From Roseibium sp. (GTDB taxonomy: Bacteria; Pseudomonadota; Alphaproteobacteria; Rhizobiales; Stappiaceae): DNA of 64,000 nt. Location: assembly GCF_965229775.1 (NCBI RefSeq), contig NZ_OZ245929.1, forward strand, positions 5,094,430-5,158,429, read 5' to 3'. Positions 10,814 through 19,396 of the stretch are shown piece by piece (within the stretch, counting starts at the first letter, position 1; the number at the start of each line of letters is the position of its first letter). The position numbers were made by a program, and so were the translations under genes. A model generated the notes under the pieces. That model saw nothing but the letters and a program-made list of their open reading frames with translations. It made no database searches and had not been told where the DNA came from.

Positions 10814-10842
10814 CCGCCGGTGAGACTCGGTCTCGCCGGCGG
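10814..10842. terminator. Hairpin between convergent genes (probable terminator)
   Basis: CCGCCGGTGAGAC-TCG-GTCTCGCCGGCGG. Confidence 0.55.
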
Positions 10843-10954
10843 AACCAGTTTCTGTTTCAGGGAAAATCGTGCTGTGGCCACGTCGCCATTGTTCCCCGTT
10901 GGTGTTGGCTGTCGATCACAGAAAGCCACAAACACCGAACAGGGCGTACGCGCT

Positions 10955-11452
10955 TCAGTTTGCCGTGATCCGAGCCATCTGGAGAGCGTCACAATAGCCG
11001 CTTTCGGTGCGTACGTAGTCTCGCATGTGTCCTTCCTGTTCGAACCCGAGTGACCGGTAGAGTTCGATGGCCCTTGCGTTGTCCGCCCAAACGACCAGAC
11101 TGAGACGCCTGATCCGGTAAAAGCCGTCACACAGCCGGATGACTTCCTCAATCAGGGTACGGGCAATGCCGTTGCCCTGATGCTCATCTTGCGTAACGAC
11201 CATGTTGAGTTCGGCGGAATGCGCGGCGCGCGGTATGTTTTGGTGCAAAACGAGTTCCGCAAAGCCGACAACAGCGCCGTTCCGGTCGGCGACGATCTGC
11301 ACCAGGTTCGGATCCGCAGCCAGGCGGTCTTCCGTGTTCTTGAGGCGCATATAGGGCAATCGCATCGATCCGAGAACGACGTGGGAGCTTGTCAGGATCG
11401 CATGCAGACTAGGTGCGTCGGCAGGCTCGGCGTGGCGTATCTCGAAATTCAT
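10955..11452 (-). CDS. GNAT N-acetyltransferase (YhhY/AaaT-like)
   Basis: QGNGIARTL acetyl-CoA motif, VWADNARAIELYRSLGFEQEG; RBS GAGGAG. Confidence 0.9.
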   Translation of the reverse strand: MNFEIRHAEPADAPSLHAILTSSHVVLGSMRLPYMRLKNTEDRLAADPNLVQIVADRNGAVVGFAELVLHQNIPRAAHSAELNMVVTQDEHQGNGIARTLIEEVIRLCDGFYRIRRLSLVVWADNARAIELYRSLGFEQEGHMRDYVRTESGYCDALQMARITAN

Positions 11453-11545
11453 CAAACCCTCCTCAGGGTGTCGCGGCCGCTGCTGGAGCGGCCGCTGCTC
11501 TGTTCACAATGGTCCGTTTGTTCGCATGGAACCAGTCCGCAATGG

Positions 11546-12277
11546 TCAAAGCCCCGTTCGCTTGGGCAGCGGAACATACATGTGCACGTGGGTCTGGGTG
11601 GAAAACTCGCCGGTCATTGGCCCATGTGATTCACCATCGCTGTGCCAGGCGATGGCCAGTTCCGAGATCAGCTGTTCACCCGTCAACTGAAGGCAGGGCG
11701 TGATGACACGAAAGACTTTCGCATCTCCGTTCTCATCGGCGGTGAAGACATTTTCGGTTCCATCCCTGGACCCGAGCGGCGTGTCGTAGAAGCCGAGAAA
11801 GGGCTCCGTCGGCGGCCAGATCGCAAAATCGTGCCAGACCGTGTAAAGCCCGTTCGGAACAAGGTTCTCAAAGTGAAGGTTCACGATTCCTTTGCCGTCC
11901 GCACAGCTGTAGTGTCCGGTGCCCTTGGCAGAGAACCATTGGCCCAGAGTAATGCCGAGCGCCTTGCCGCGCGGCCAGGGACCGGTGTTCTCGATCTGAA
12001 GGGGTGTGTGGGGAACAGCAACGGCCGGGGCGTAGAGCGGAGCATCCATGTTCCGCGTTGCACCGGTCGGGCGAAACACCTCGCCCGAACCCGACACCTT
12101 TTCAAAGAAAACGTCCTGTTCGGCCAGTTGTTCGTCAATGTGGAAAATGAAGGCCAGGGACATGCTTTCGTCCATGTCGTAGCCGGCACTTTGCGAGATC
12201 ATCTGAACGGCATCGTCCGCCGCCGCAGGCATCGCTGTCGAGAGCGCAAGGGTCATTGCAAGAAGTTGGCGTTTCAT
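11546..12277 (-). CDS. Secreted hypothetical protein with His/Trp motifs
   Basis: Signal peptide MKRQLLAMTLALSTAMPAAA; GLYTVWH, IAWHSDGESHG, THVHM. Confidence 0.75.
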   Translation of the reverse strand: MKRQLLAMTLALSTAMPAAADDAVQMISQSAGYDMDESMSLAFIFHIDEQLAEQDVFFEKVSGSGEVFRPTGATRNMDAPLYAPAVAVPHTPLQIENTGPWPRGKALGITLGQWFSAKGTGHYSCADGKGIVNLHFENLVPNGLYTVWHDFAIWPPTEPFLGFYDTPLGSRDGTENVFTADENGDAKVFRVITPCLQLTGEQLISELAIAWHSDGESHGPMTGEFSTQTHVHMYVPLPKRTGL

Positions 12278-12414
12278 GTGATTTCCTTTCTGCTTCGGGG
12301 TTCAGATGCCCGGACCTGTCTTTCGGTCACGAGCCTGATTGTCCGCATCGCGCGGATCGGACAAATTTCAGTTTCTCCGCCGGGGTCACCGGAACGGTAT
12401 TTGACGGGTCCCGT

Positions 12415-13866
12415 TTAGGGCGCCCTGCGTGGCGGAGGCTGCGGTGACAGGCCGGACGGCACTTTCAGCGGAACCAGATCGCTTCTTTCCCGCATCGCCG
12501 GATCGGTGAGGCTTTGAAGAAAGGCGACCAGTTGCGCCACTTCCCTGTCGCTGAGATCGACAGCTTCAAGATCGCTGGCATCGGCGATACGGTTTCTGAG
12601 ACGGTCGTTCGACTGGATCCAGGTGTCCCGGCGATCGAATGCACTCCGGCGGGCGGGGTTTATCGGCCTGAATATCAACCTCGATCCCTGGCCGGTCGGC
12701 TCGATCACATGATCGAGCTTCGGCAGATCTGTACCGTCATATTCGTGAAGAGAGGATTCCGGCTGGAGGTGATGCCGGACGACACTCTCAAGCGTGTCGT
12801 AGGCCCCGGAATGTCCCCATGGACCGGTCAGCGCGACATTCAACAAGGACGGTGTCCTGAAAGCGAAAAGATCCTCTTTTTCAAAGGTGACGCGAAAGCG
12901 TCCTTCATCCTCGAGCCGGTCCATGAAACCGCTCATGCGCCAGTAGCTCGTGTCGCTGCCATGGCCCTTGCCGGGACCTGTTTGCGGTACCGCAATCGCG
13001 TGAAAGCTGTGGTCGGTCAGAAGCGGGCCCGCATGACAGTCATCGCATCCCGCACGGCCGTAGAATAGATCGATGCCAGACCAGACATCGCCGCTGAGCC
13101 GGGCAAAGTCGCCGTCGCGAAGTGTCCGTTCAAACGGGCTGCCGTTCGATCTGAAGGCAACGCCCTGAAACGCTGCAAGTGCGTTGGCCGCTTGAACAAA
13201 GGAGATGTCACCGGGTCCAAAGGCAGCTCGGAACAGGTCACGGTACGCGCCTATTTCGGAAAGCCTCCGTGCAAGAAGGTCCCACGCATCGGAAAGACGA
13301 TCTTCCGCGACCGCGGTGGCAACGCTGTTTTCACCCTTTTGCCCCGCCATTTCGACGGGTGACAGGACCGGGAACATGGCCTGGGCTGCAAGCAGGCTTT
13401 CGAGGCCCTCAGGCAGATGCTCGCGCCCCGGGCTCCAGAAGCCGCTTTTGAAAACACCATCTGGATCGGGTTCCAGGCGGCCATCGTGAAAAAAGGATCT
13501 GTAGGACCGTGCACCGATATTGTAGAGCGGTTGAGCATTTCGTGGCACGCGGCCTGTGACGCCAGCTTGGCCTGTTCTGCGATCGGCCCCAAACCCTTCG
13601 CCGCCCTCGCCGATCGACAGGGCAAGATCGTCGCCTGTCCCCCGGCTCGGATCGTGGCAGGTTCCGCAGGAAATGTTGCGGTTGCCCGACAGGATCGGGT
13701 CGAAAAAGAGCATCCGGCCCAGTTCGACCAGCGCCGGATCAGGCGCCCCATCGTAAAGATAATCTGTGTCTTTCAGCGGTGTTGGCAGTTCACCGGCTTC
13801 GGCTGTAGCGAACGCCGCAAGCGCGGTGGTGGCAATCAGAATTGTTTTCAGTGCCTGACCAGACAT
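12415..13866 (-). CDS. Di-heme cytochrome c peroxidase / MauG-family protein
   Basis: Signal peptide; LGRMLFFDPILS, CGTCH, CDDCH, RNAQPL, FRTPSLLNV. Confidence 0.9.
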   Translation of the reverse strand: MSGQALKTILIATTALAAFATAEAGELPTPLKDTDYLYDGAPDPALVELGRMLFFDPILSGNRNISCGTCHDPSRGTGDDLALSIGEGGEGFGADRRTGQAGVTGRVPRNAQPLYNIGARSYRSFFHDGRLEPDPDGVFKSGFWSPGREHLPEGLESLLAAQAMFPVLSPVEMAGQKGENSVATAVAEDRLSDAWDLLARRLSEIGAYRDLFRAAFGPGDISFVQAANALAAFQGVAFRSNGSPFERTLRDGDFARLSGDVWSGIDLFYGRAGCDDCHAGPLLTDHSFHAIAVPQTGPGKGHGSDTSYWRMSGFMDRLEDEGRFRVTFEKEDLFAFRTPSLLNVALTGPWGHSGAYDTLESVVRHHLQPESSLHEYDGTDLPKLDHVIEPTGQGSRLIFRPINPARRSAFDRRDTWIQSNDRLRNRIADASDLEAVDLSDREVAQLVAFLQSLTDPAMRERSDLVPLKVPSGLSPQPPPRRAP

Positions 13867-13916
13867 TGCGATACTCCTTCACGAAACAACACGAGATCCC
13901 GGGTTGTTCAGTCGCC

Positions 13917-14159
13917 TCACAGGCCCCGGCCGGCAGAACGCCACCAAGCGGGCCGATGACGCTTGTCGATTGAAAAATATGGATTTTGCCCAGACCTGTC
14001 GGACGATGTTTCCTCCACGGATACGCCTTCGGAAACGCTTTTCGCGCTTCTGCAGCCGCCAGGAGCGTGCCTCTCGACTTCAAACGCGAAGGCAGATCCG
14101 GAGACAAACGCGATCACCAGCACCGGCGGGCCTGCAAGAGAACAACTTGAACGTTTCAT
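13917..14159 (-). CDS. Candidate small secreted protein (80 aa)
   Basis: GGAGA RBS 6 nt before ATG 14159; hydrophobic stretch ending in an AFA cleavage site; fills the gap between the homocysteine methyltransferase gene and the di-heme gene. Confidence 0.5.
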   Translation of the reverse strand: MKRSSCSLAGPPVLVIAFVSGSAFAFEVERHAPGGCRSAKSVSEGVSVEETSSDRSGQNPYFSIDKRHRPAWWRSAGRGL

Positions 14160-14176
14160 TTTCATTCTCCGATTTG

Positions 14177-15154
14177 TCAGGCCGGTTCGCTTCGCATGAG
14201 GCGGGCTTCGGACGCCACGCTGCCCTTGGCTGCAAGGCAAACTTGCTCGATATGCCTGTGGTCCGTTCCGCAGCATCCACCAAGGACAACGAGCTGCGGC
14301 ATGAACGTCTTGAGTTCGGCGTAGTCACGTCCAGTCTCGACCGGGTTGCCGTCATCGAGTTCTTCCGCCTCGTCGAGTTCCGCATGGCTGAGGCGTGAAG
14401 CGTTGGCGCGTATTCCGCAGATCCGGTTTCGCCAGTCGCCGCCGGCACGCAACGTCTCAAAGAAATGATCCGGATGGGCACAGTTCAGCATGAAATAGGC
14501 CGGTCCGTAGTCGGTTCGTGCATCCACTTCTTCGATGGCTGCACCAAGGGATTGGCCGGTCGGCAGGCGCCCGTCGGTTTCAACCGTGAACGAGATCACG
14601 ACAGGCATGCCATGACCCTGCGCTGCCCGGACGATCCCGATCGCTTCCGGTGTGTTATTGATCGTGATAGCCGTTACGAGATCAGCACTCGTCAGGGCAA
14701 ACGCACCGATCTGGACAGCGTGATAGGCTTCCGCTTCCTCCGGACTCATGATTTCGCCCGGAACGTAGCCGTCTCCGCGCGGCCCGATGCATCCCGACAG
14801 GACGCTGCGCAGCCCTGGAAACTCGTCCTGCAAGTCGGCCATCAGGGAAACGGAACGGCGGTTGAGCGTCGCCAATTCTTCTGGATCAACATCCAGCTTT
14901 TTGGCCCAGTCAGGGCTTGCACGCCATGTCGCGCTCTCAAAGACGAAGCCGGTTCCGTGTGCCGCGGCAACGGATGCATGGCTGCGGTAATACCGGCGCA
15001 GCGCTTCCCTGCCTTCTTCCGTAGCCAGTAGCGGGAATGCGGCAAACAACGGCAAATCGAGACCGTAGTCGAATATCAGCGTTGTCTCGATGCCACCGTC
15101 CGTGACAAAGAGATCACCACTCATCTGCGGCAGGGTGTTTGCAATTTCCTTCAT
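14177..15154 (-). CDS. Homocysteine S-methyltransferase family protein
   Basis: DGGIETTL, GCIGPRGDGY, Zn ligands LNCAHP and GGCCG. Confidence 0.9.
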   Translation of the reverse strand: MKEIANTLPQMSGDLFVTDGGIETTLIFDYGLDLPLFAAFPLLATEEGREALRRYYRSHASVAAAHGTGFVFESATWRASPDWAKKLDVDPEELATLNRRSVSLMADLQDEFPGLRSVLSGCIGPRGDGYVPGEIMSPEEAEAYHAVQIGAFALTSADLVTAITINNTPEAIGIVRAAQGHGMPVVISFTVETDGRLPTGQSLGAAIEEVDARTDYGPAYFMLNCAHPDHFFETLRAGGDWRNRICGIRANASRLSHAELDEAEELDDGNPVETGRDYAELKTFMPQLVVLGGCCGTDHRHIEQVCLAAKGSVASEARLMRSEPA

Positions 15155-15285
15155 GTCGCTTCTCCTGTAGCGTTGACGGGAGAAGGATTGACCGGGCACC
15201 GTTTTGCTACCGTCACAAATGCTGGCCTAGCCGCGCTCGAATCGTTAAATTTTCGCCAAATCGGATTCACGGGCGAGGCTGCTGG

Positions 15286-18200
15286 ATGGATCGCGACAAC
15301 TGTCTTGATATCCGGCTATTGGGACGGCTGGAGATACACTTCAAGGACCGAATGCTGGCGTTTCCGACGCGCCAGGCGGGTTTCCTGATCGGATTGCTTG
15401 CCTTGGAAGGACCTTTGCGCCGGGAAGTCGCCGCCGCCCGGTTATGGGGAGAACGTGACGAGGCTCAGGCACGCGCGTCGCTCCGGCAGACGGTCTATCA
15501 CATCCAGAAGGTATTCGCGTCCGCAGATGCACCGGAACTTGACGTAACGCGGCAAACCATTTCGTTGATGGAGAACTCGTTTCGGACCGACATCGATGTC
15601 CTTCTGGAAAACCTGAACAAGAATCCGACCACTGCCGCCAGGGCTTATCGAGGTGAACTTCTTGGAGACGTGGGCCGCGTGGACCCGGCGTTTCAGGACT
15701 GGCTCGATCAGGAACGGCGTGGGCTGAACATGAGGATCTCGCAAGGCTGTGCTACCGCGGCAGGACGTTGTCTCGCCGGAAACGATTGGGGTGGGCTTGA
15801 CGCAATTTCCTCACTCGGTCTGAAAGTCGACCCCTTCAACGAAGACGCAATTCGACAACGCATGGAGGCCCTGGCGCATACGAACCGGAGGGCTTCTGCG
15901 CTTGCGGTTTTCGAAGAATTCAAGGAAGCACTGAACTCAGCGCTCAACATCGAACCGGAGCAGGCGACACAACAGCTTCGCGAAAAGATAGCCAACCGGG
16001 CTGCAGAAAATTCCCCTGTGCCCGATCCGTCTCCGTCGCCGGAAAGCGATATCGGGTTCCGCGAACGACGAAGCGTCTCGCTGCTCGCGGTCACGCCGTC
16101 GGAGATCGTTCCGGATCCGGAGAACTTTGCTGCAGATTTCGCACGCGTGAGCGCGGTTCTCGAAGAGGTCCTTCAGGATGGCTCGGCACAGATCCTCGAA
16201 CAGTCAGGCCCCGCTGTCGTGTGCGTATTCGGCGCTTCGGGCCTGGTTGAACGCCATGCGGAAGCAGCTGCGCACACAGCCAGTGCGTTGGGGGACCGTA
16301 ACGGCACGTCATTGAAAATAGCCGTCGTCTCCGGAGATATCGTCGATACGGTCACCGACGGTGCAGCCGGTCTTGACGTCACCGTTCTGGCGCCGCTTCT
16401 GTCGCAGGCGAATGTCCTGTTACAGAAAGCTGTACCGGGTCAAAGCGCTCTCTCGCCAGCAACCGTGGCCCGACTGAATGCGCGCGCCATCCATCGGTCC
16501 TTCATCGCACGCAAGGCGGAACTGGACGAATTGCAATCCGCCTTCCTCCAGGCACGCCTTGGGCAGGCGCAGGTCGTTGGAATTGTGGGCGAGGCCGGCA
16601 TCGGAAAATCGACCCTCCTGCGGCGGTTTCTGAGTTCCTGCAAGGATACCCATGTCCTTGTGATTGAGGGGTACGACCGAGAAGCCTCAAGATCGTTCGG
16701 CGCCATCGCAAGGTTCCTCGCAAAATGGGTCTCCGGTGGCGAAGATCCAAGCCGCGCTTCGGTCGACGCGGCCATCGGCGCGCAGCGGATCCGTGCCGTT
16801 CACCGGGAAGTCCTTTTGGTCCTGCTGGGTCTTGCAAACGTAGCCGAGCGGGACAATCTGGTGCGTGAGGAACAACGCCTGAGGGTCTTCAAGCTTGCGA
16901 GCGAAGTCATTCTCGCGGCATGTGAAAAAGGCGAAACCGTACTCGCCGTAGAGGACGTGCATTGGCTTGACCGGGATTCGGCAGAATTCCTGGACCGTCT
17001 GATCGGAGAGGTTACGGGAAGTTCCTTGACGGTTCTCACAACGTTTCGTCCGGAATTTCAGGTCAGCTGGATCGGACGAAGTTCGTTCCGGCTGTTACGT
17101 CTTGCACCGCTTGCGGACACGGACGCCGCGGAGCTGATTTCTCCCTGGATGGCGGGATTGTCGTCCAGCGCGCGTGACGAAGTGCTGAAACGTGCGGCGG
17201 GTAACCCGTTCCTGCTTGTCGAAACCGCGCGGGCCGTTGCCGCCAGCAGCGAAGATACACTCAATGTCGTGCCCGCAACGATCCGCGATGTCCTGAACGC
17301 CACAGTCCATCGTCTGGCGTCCGACGAGCGCCGTGTGCTCCAATGCGCCGCGGTCCTGGGCTTCGAAGCACCCGACAATGCCATAGCTGCACTCACGGGT
17401 TTCGCGGAAATGCGTCTTGACGACGCCCTGGCAAGGCTCCGGCAGGAGGAACTGCTTGTTCGCAGCGGTATCGACGCTTCCTCGCGACACCGTTTTCGGC
17501 ACGCACTGCTTCACGAAGCGGTCTACGCCACGATCCCCCGGGAAGATTCAAGGACGTTGCATTCAAGAGCCTGCATCCATCTTCAGGGGCGTGATGACAT
17601 CGATCCGGCGGCCATTGCACACCACGCCTGGTGCGCGCAGGCTTGGCCGGCCGCGGTTGAATGGTACCGCCAGGCCGGCGACCGCTTTGCGATGCTGTCT
17701 TCCTATGCTCTTGCGACCGAGGCCTATGGTCACGCAATTGAAGCTCTCGATAAATGTCAGGAACAGCAGAGCTTAAGCGAGAAGCGTCTTGACCTCGCTC
17801 TCAGGCGGCGGCCGGTGCTCGTGCCGCTGGGTCTTTATGAGACCGCACGGGAGGAACTTGACGAGGCAGAGGCTCTTGCCGACCGGATTGACAGTCGCGC
17901 TTACCGCATCGCAGTCCACATCAGCAAGAGCTACCTCTACAGTACCCACGGGTATCTGCAGGACGCGATTGTCCATGCCAGACGCGCGAGCGCCGCATGT
18001 CAGCCGGAGGAACAGACCGCGTACGAGGCGAAGCTGGCGGAGGGTCAGGCCTTGTCGCTCATGGGAGACTGGCAGGGAACGATCGCACTCCTGGCCCCGA
18101 CTGTTTCCTACTGGGAGAAGCACCGGCACGAAAGGTTCGGGCATACCGGAACACGATCAGTCTGGTGCCACGGACATCTTTCCAATGCATTTGGTCTCAA

Positions 18201-18750
18201 CGGCCAGATCGAGGCAGCCCGCAGGCACGCCGAACGTGCGTTCGACCTTGCAGGAGAAACCAGGAGACCGCTCGACACGGTTTTCTCGCTCCACCTGCTT
18301 GGCAGGGTGCAGCTCTTTGCGGGCAATCCGGAAGAAGCGCTGTCGCTATTGCTGGAAGCCTTGCGTCGTGCTGAGGAAATTGACGCGCCGATCTTCCGGT
18401 CCTGGTTCGCCTGCGATGCCTTTCCATTGCTTCTGGCCGCCGGGCGGACCGACGAAGCAGGCAATTTGCTGAACCGCCAGATCGACGTGGCGAAACAACT
18501 CAAACTGCGCCAGTTCCACGGTTGGCTGCGGCTGAACAAGTCCGAAATGCTTCGAACCAGCAGGCGTTTCACCGAAGCAGAAGCTGAGGCAAAAGCCGCC
18601 CTCGCCAGTGCAAGAGACACAGGCGATCTGGTTCTTGAACCCACTGCTCTGAAGATCCTGGCGCAGTATGAAGACGAAAGCGAGCGTAGGAGTGCGACCG
18701 AGGCTGCAATGGATCTCGCAGCACAGCGCGGTCTTGCCATTTTGCGCTGA
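15286..18750 (+). CDS. SARP/BTAD + degenerate cyclase-like + STAND AAA ATPase + TPR regulator (1154 aa)
   Basis: IRLLGRLEI winged helix, ARASLRQTVY, DPFNEDA BTAD, Walker A GEAGIGKS, Walker B LAVEDVHW, HRFRHALLHE, helical TPR-like C-terminus. Confidence 0.85.
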   Translation: MDRDNCLDIRLLGRLEIHFKDRMLAFPTRQAGFLIGLLALEGPLRREVAAARLWGERDEAQARASLRQTVYHIQKVFASADAPELDVTRQTISLMENSFRTDIDVLLENLNKNPTTAARAYRGELLGDVGRVDPAFQDWLDQERRGLNMRISQGCATAAGRCLAGNDWGGLDAISSLGLKVDPFNEDAIRQRMEALAHTNRRASALAVFEEFKEALNSALNIEPEQATQQLREKIANRAAENSPVPDPSPSPESDIGFRERRSVSLLAVTPSEIVPDPENFAADFARVSAVLEEVLQDGSAQILEQSGPAVVCVFGASGLVERHAEAAAHTASALGDRNGTSLKIAVVSGDIVDTVTDGAAGLDVTVLAPLLSQANVLLQKAVPGQSALSPATVARLNARAIHRSFIARKAELDELQSAFLQARLGQAQVVGIVGEAGIGKSTLLRRFLSSCKDTHVLVIEGYDREASRSFGAIARFLAKWVSGGEDPSRASVDAAIGAQRIRAVHREVLLVLLGLANVAERDNLVREEQRLRVFKLASEVILAACEKGETVLAVEDVHWLDRDSAEFLDRLIGEVTGSSLTVLTTFRPEFQVSWIGRSSFRLLRLAPLADTDAAELISPWMAGLSSSARDEVLKRAAGNPFLLVETARAVAASSEDTLNVVPATIRDVLNATVHRLASDERRVLQCAAVLGFEAPDNAIAALTGFAEMRLDDALARLRQEELLVRSGIDASSRHRFRHALLHEAVYATIPREDSRTLHSRACIHLQGRDDIDPAAIAHHAWCAQAWPAAVEWYRQAGDRFAMLSSYALATEAYGHAIEALDKCQEQQSLSEKRLDLALRRRPVLVPLGLYETAREELDEAEALADRIDSRAYRIAVHISKSYLYSTHGYLQDAIVHARRASAACQPEEQTAYEAKLAEGQALSLMGDWQGTIALLAPTVSYWEKHRHERFGHTGTRSVWCHGHLSNAFGLNGQIEAARRHAERAFDLAGETRRPLDTVFSLHLLGRVQLFAGNPEEALSLLLEALRRAEEIDAPIFRSWFACDAFPLLLAAGRTDEAGNLLNRQIDVAKQLKLRQFHGWLRLNKSEMLRTSRRFTEAEAEAKAALASARDTGDLVLEPTALKILAQYEDESERRSATEAAMDLAAQRGLAILR

Positions 18751-18764
18751 CTGAAAATTCCGGA

Positions 18765-19070
18765 CTATAGATACACCACAGCCGGCAGCAGCAAGATTTC
18801 AGATCCTGTTCGGAACATTCCATCGCCCGATTTGCGTACCGGGTTTGAGCTTCGGGACTCTCCGGCGGCCTGTGCAAAGAAATCGCTGTCCGTCCTGAGC
18901 ACCGTTCTGGCCATGAAGTCACGCCGATTGGTCCGCAGGCTTCGATTCCGATAGTTCAGTCGCTGTTGCCGGGCAATCGTTCCTTCTTCGTCCAACCCCA
19001 CCAGACGGGAAAAGCCGACCATGTCCATGGCAACGATCGCGGCCAGGCGTCTTTCCAGGGGGTGCTCCAT
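18765..19070 (-). pseudogene. Truncated class III adenylate/guanylate cyclase gene remnant
   Basis: The first ~35 aa (ERRLAAIVAMDMVGFSRLVGLDEEGTIARQ) match the N-terminus of alphaproteobacterial cyclase-TPR proteins; the remainder has no cyclase motifs. Confidence 0.7.
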
Positions 19071-19396
19071 GAAACCATTACTCCGGGACCTGAACCGCGC
19101 GTCTTACGGACGCCGCACGATCTTTATCGACCTGAACGGTTCGACACGATCCTATAAGAAAGAGTAGCACAATGCGCGGCGCCGAGGGGCAGGCAAACCG
19201 CGATGACATTTCAGACCCGTCAATCGTCATCCGCCCAAAAAGAAGCTCTTCGAAGCAACCTTGGGCGTCCGCTTCGCTCCGTAGGAAAACGTTCGCCGGT
19301 TGGACCGTTTATCATCCATTTTCAACGTTCTGAGGTCTGCCGGTCCGCGCGGGTGAAGAACCGATCAGCCCATGTCCCAAAGGCAATCAATCACTC

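Noticed and set aside
15155-15285. SAM-II riboswitch upstream of the homocysteine methyltransferase
   Set aside because: Only GATTTGGC resembles the motif; the P1 pairing and GCTAAA element are missing.
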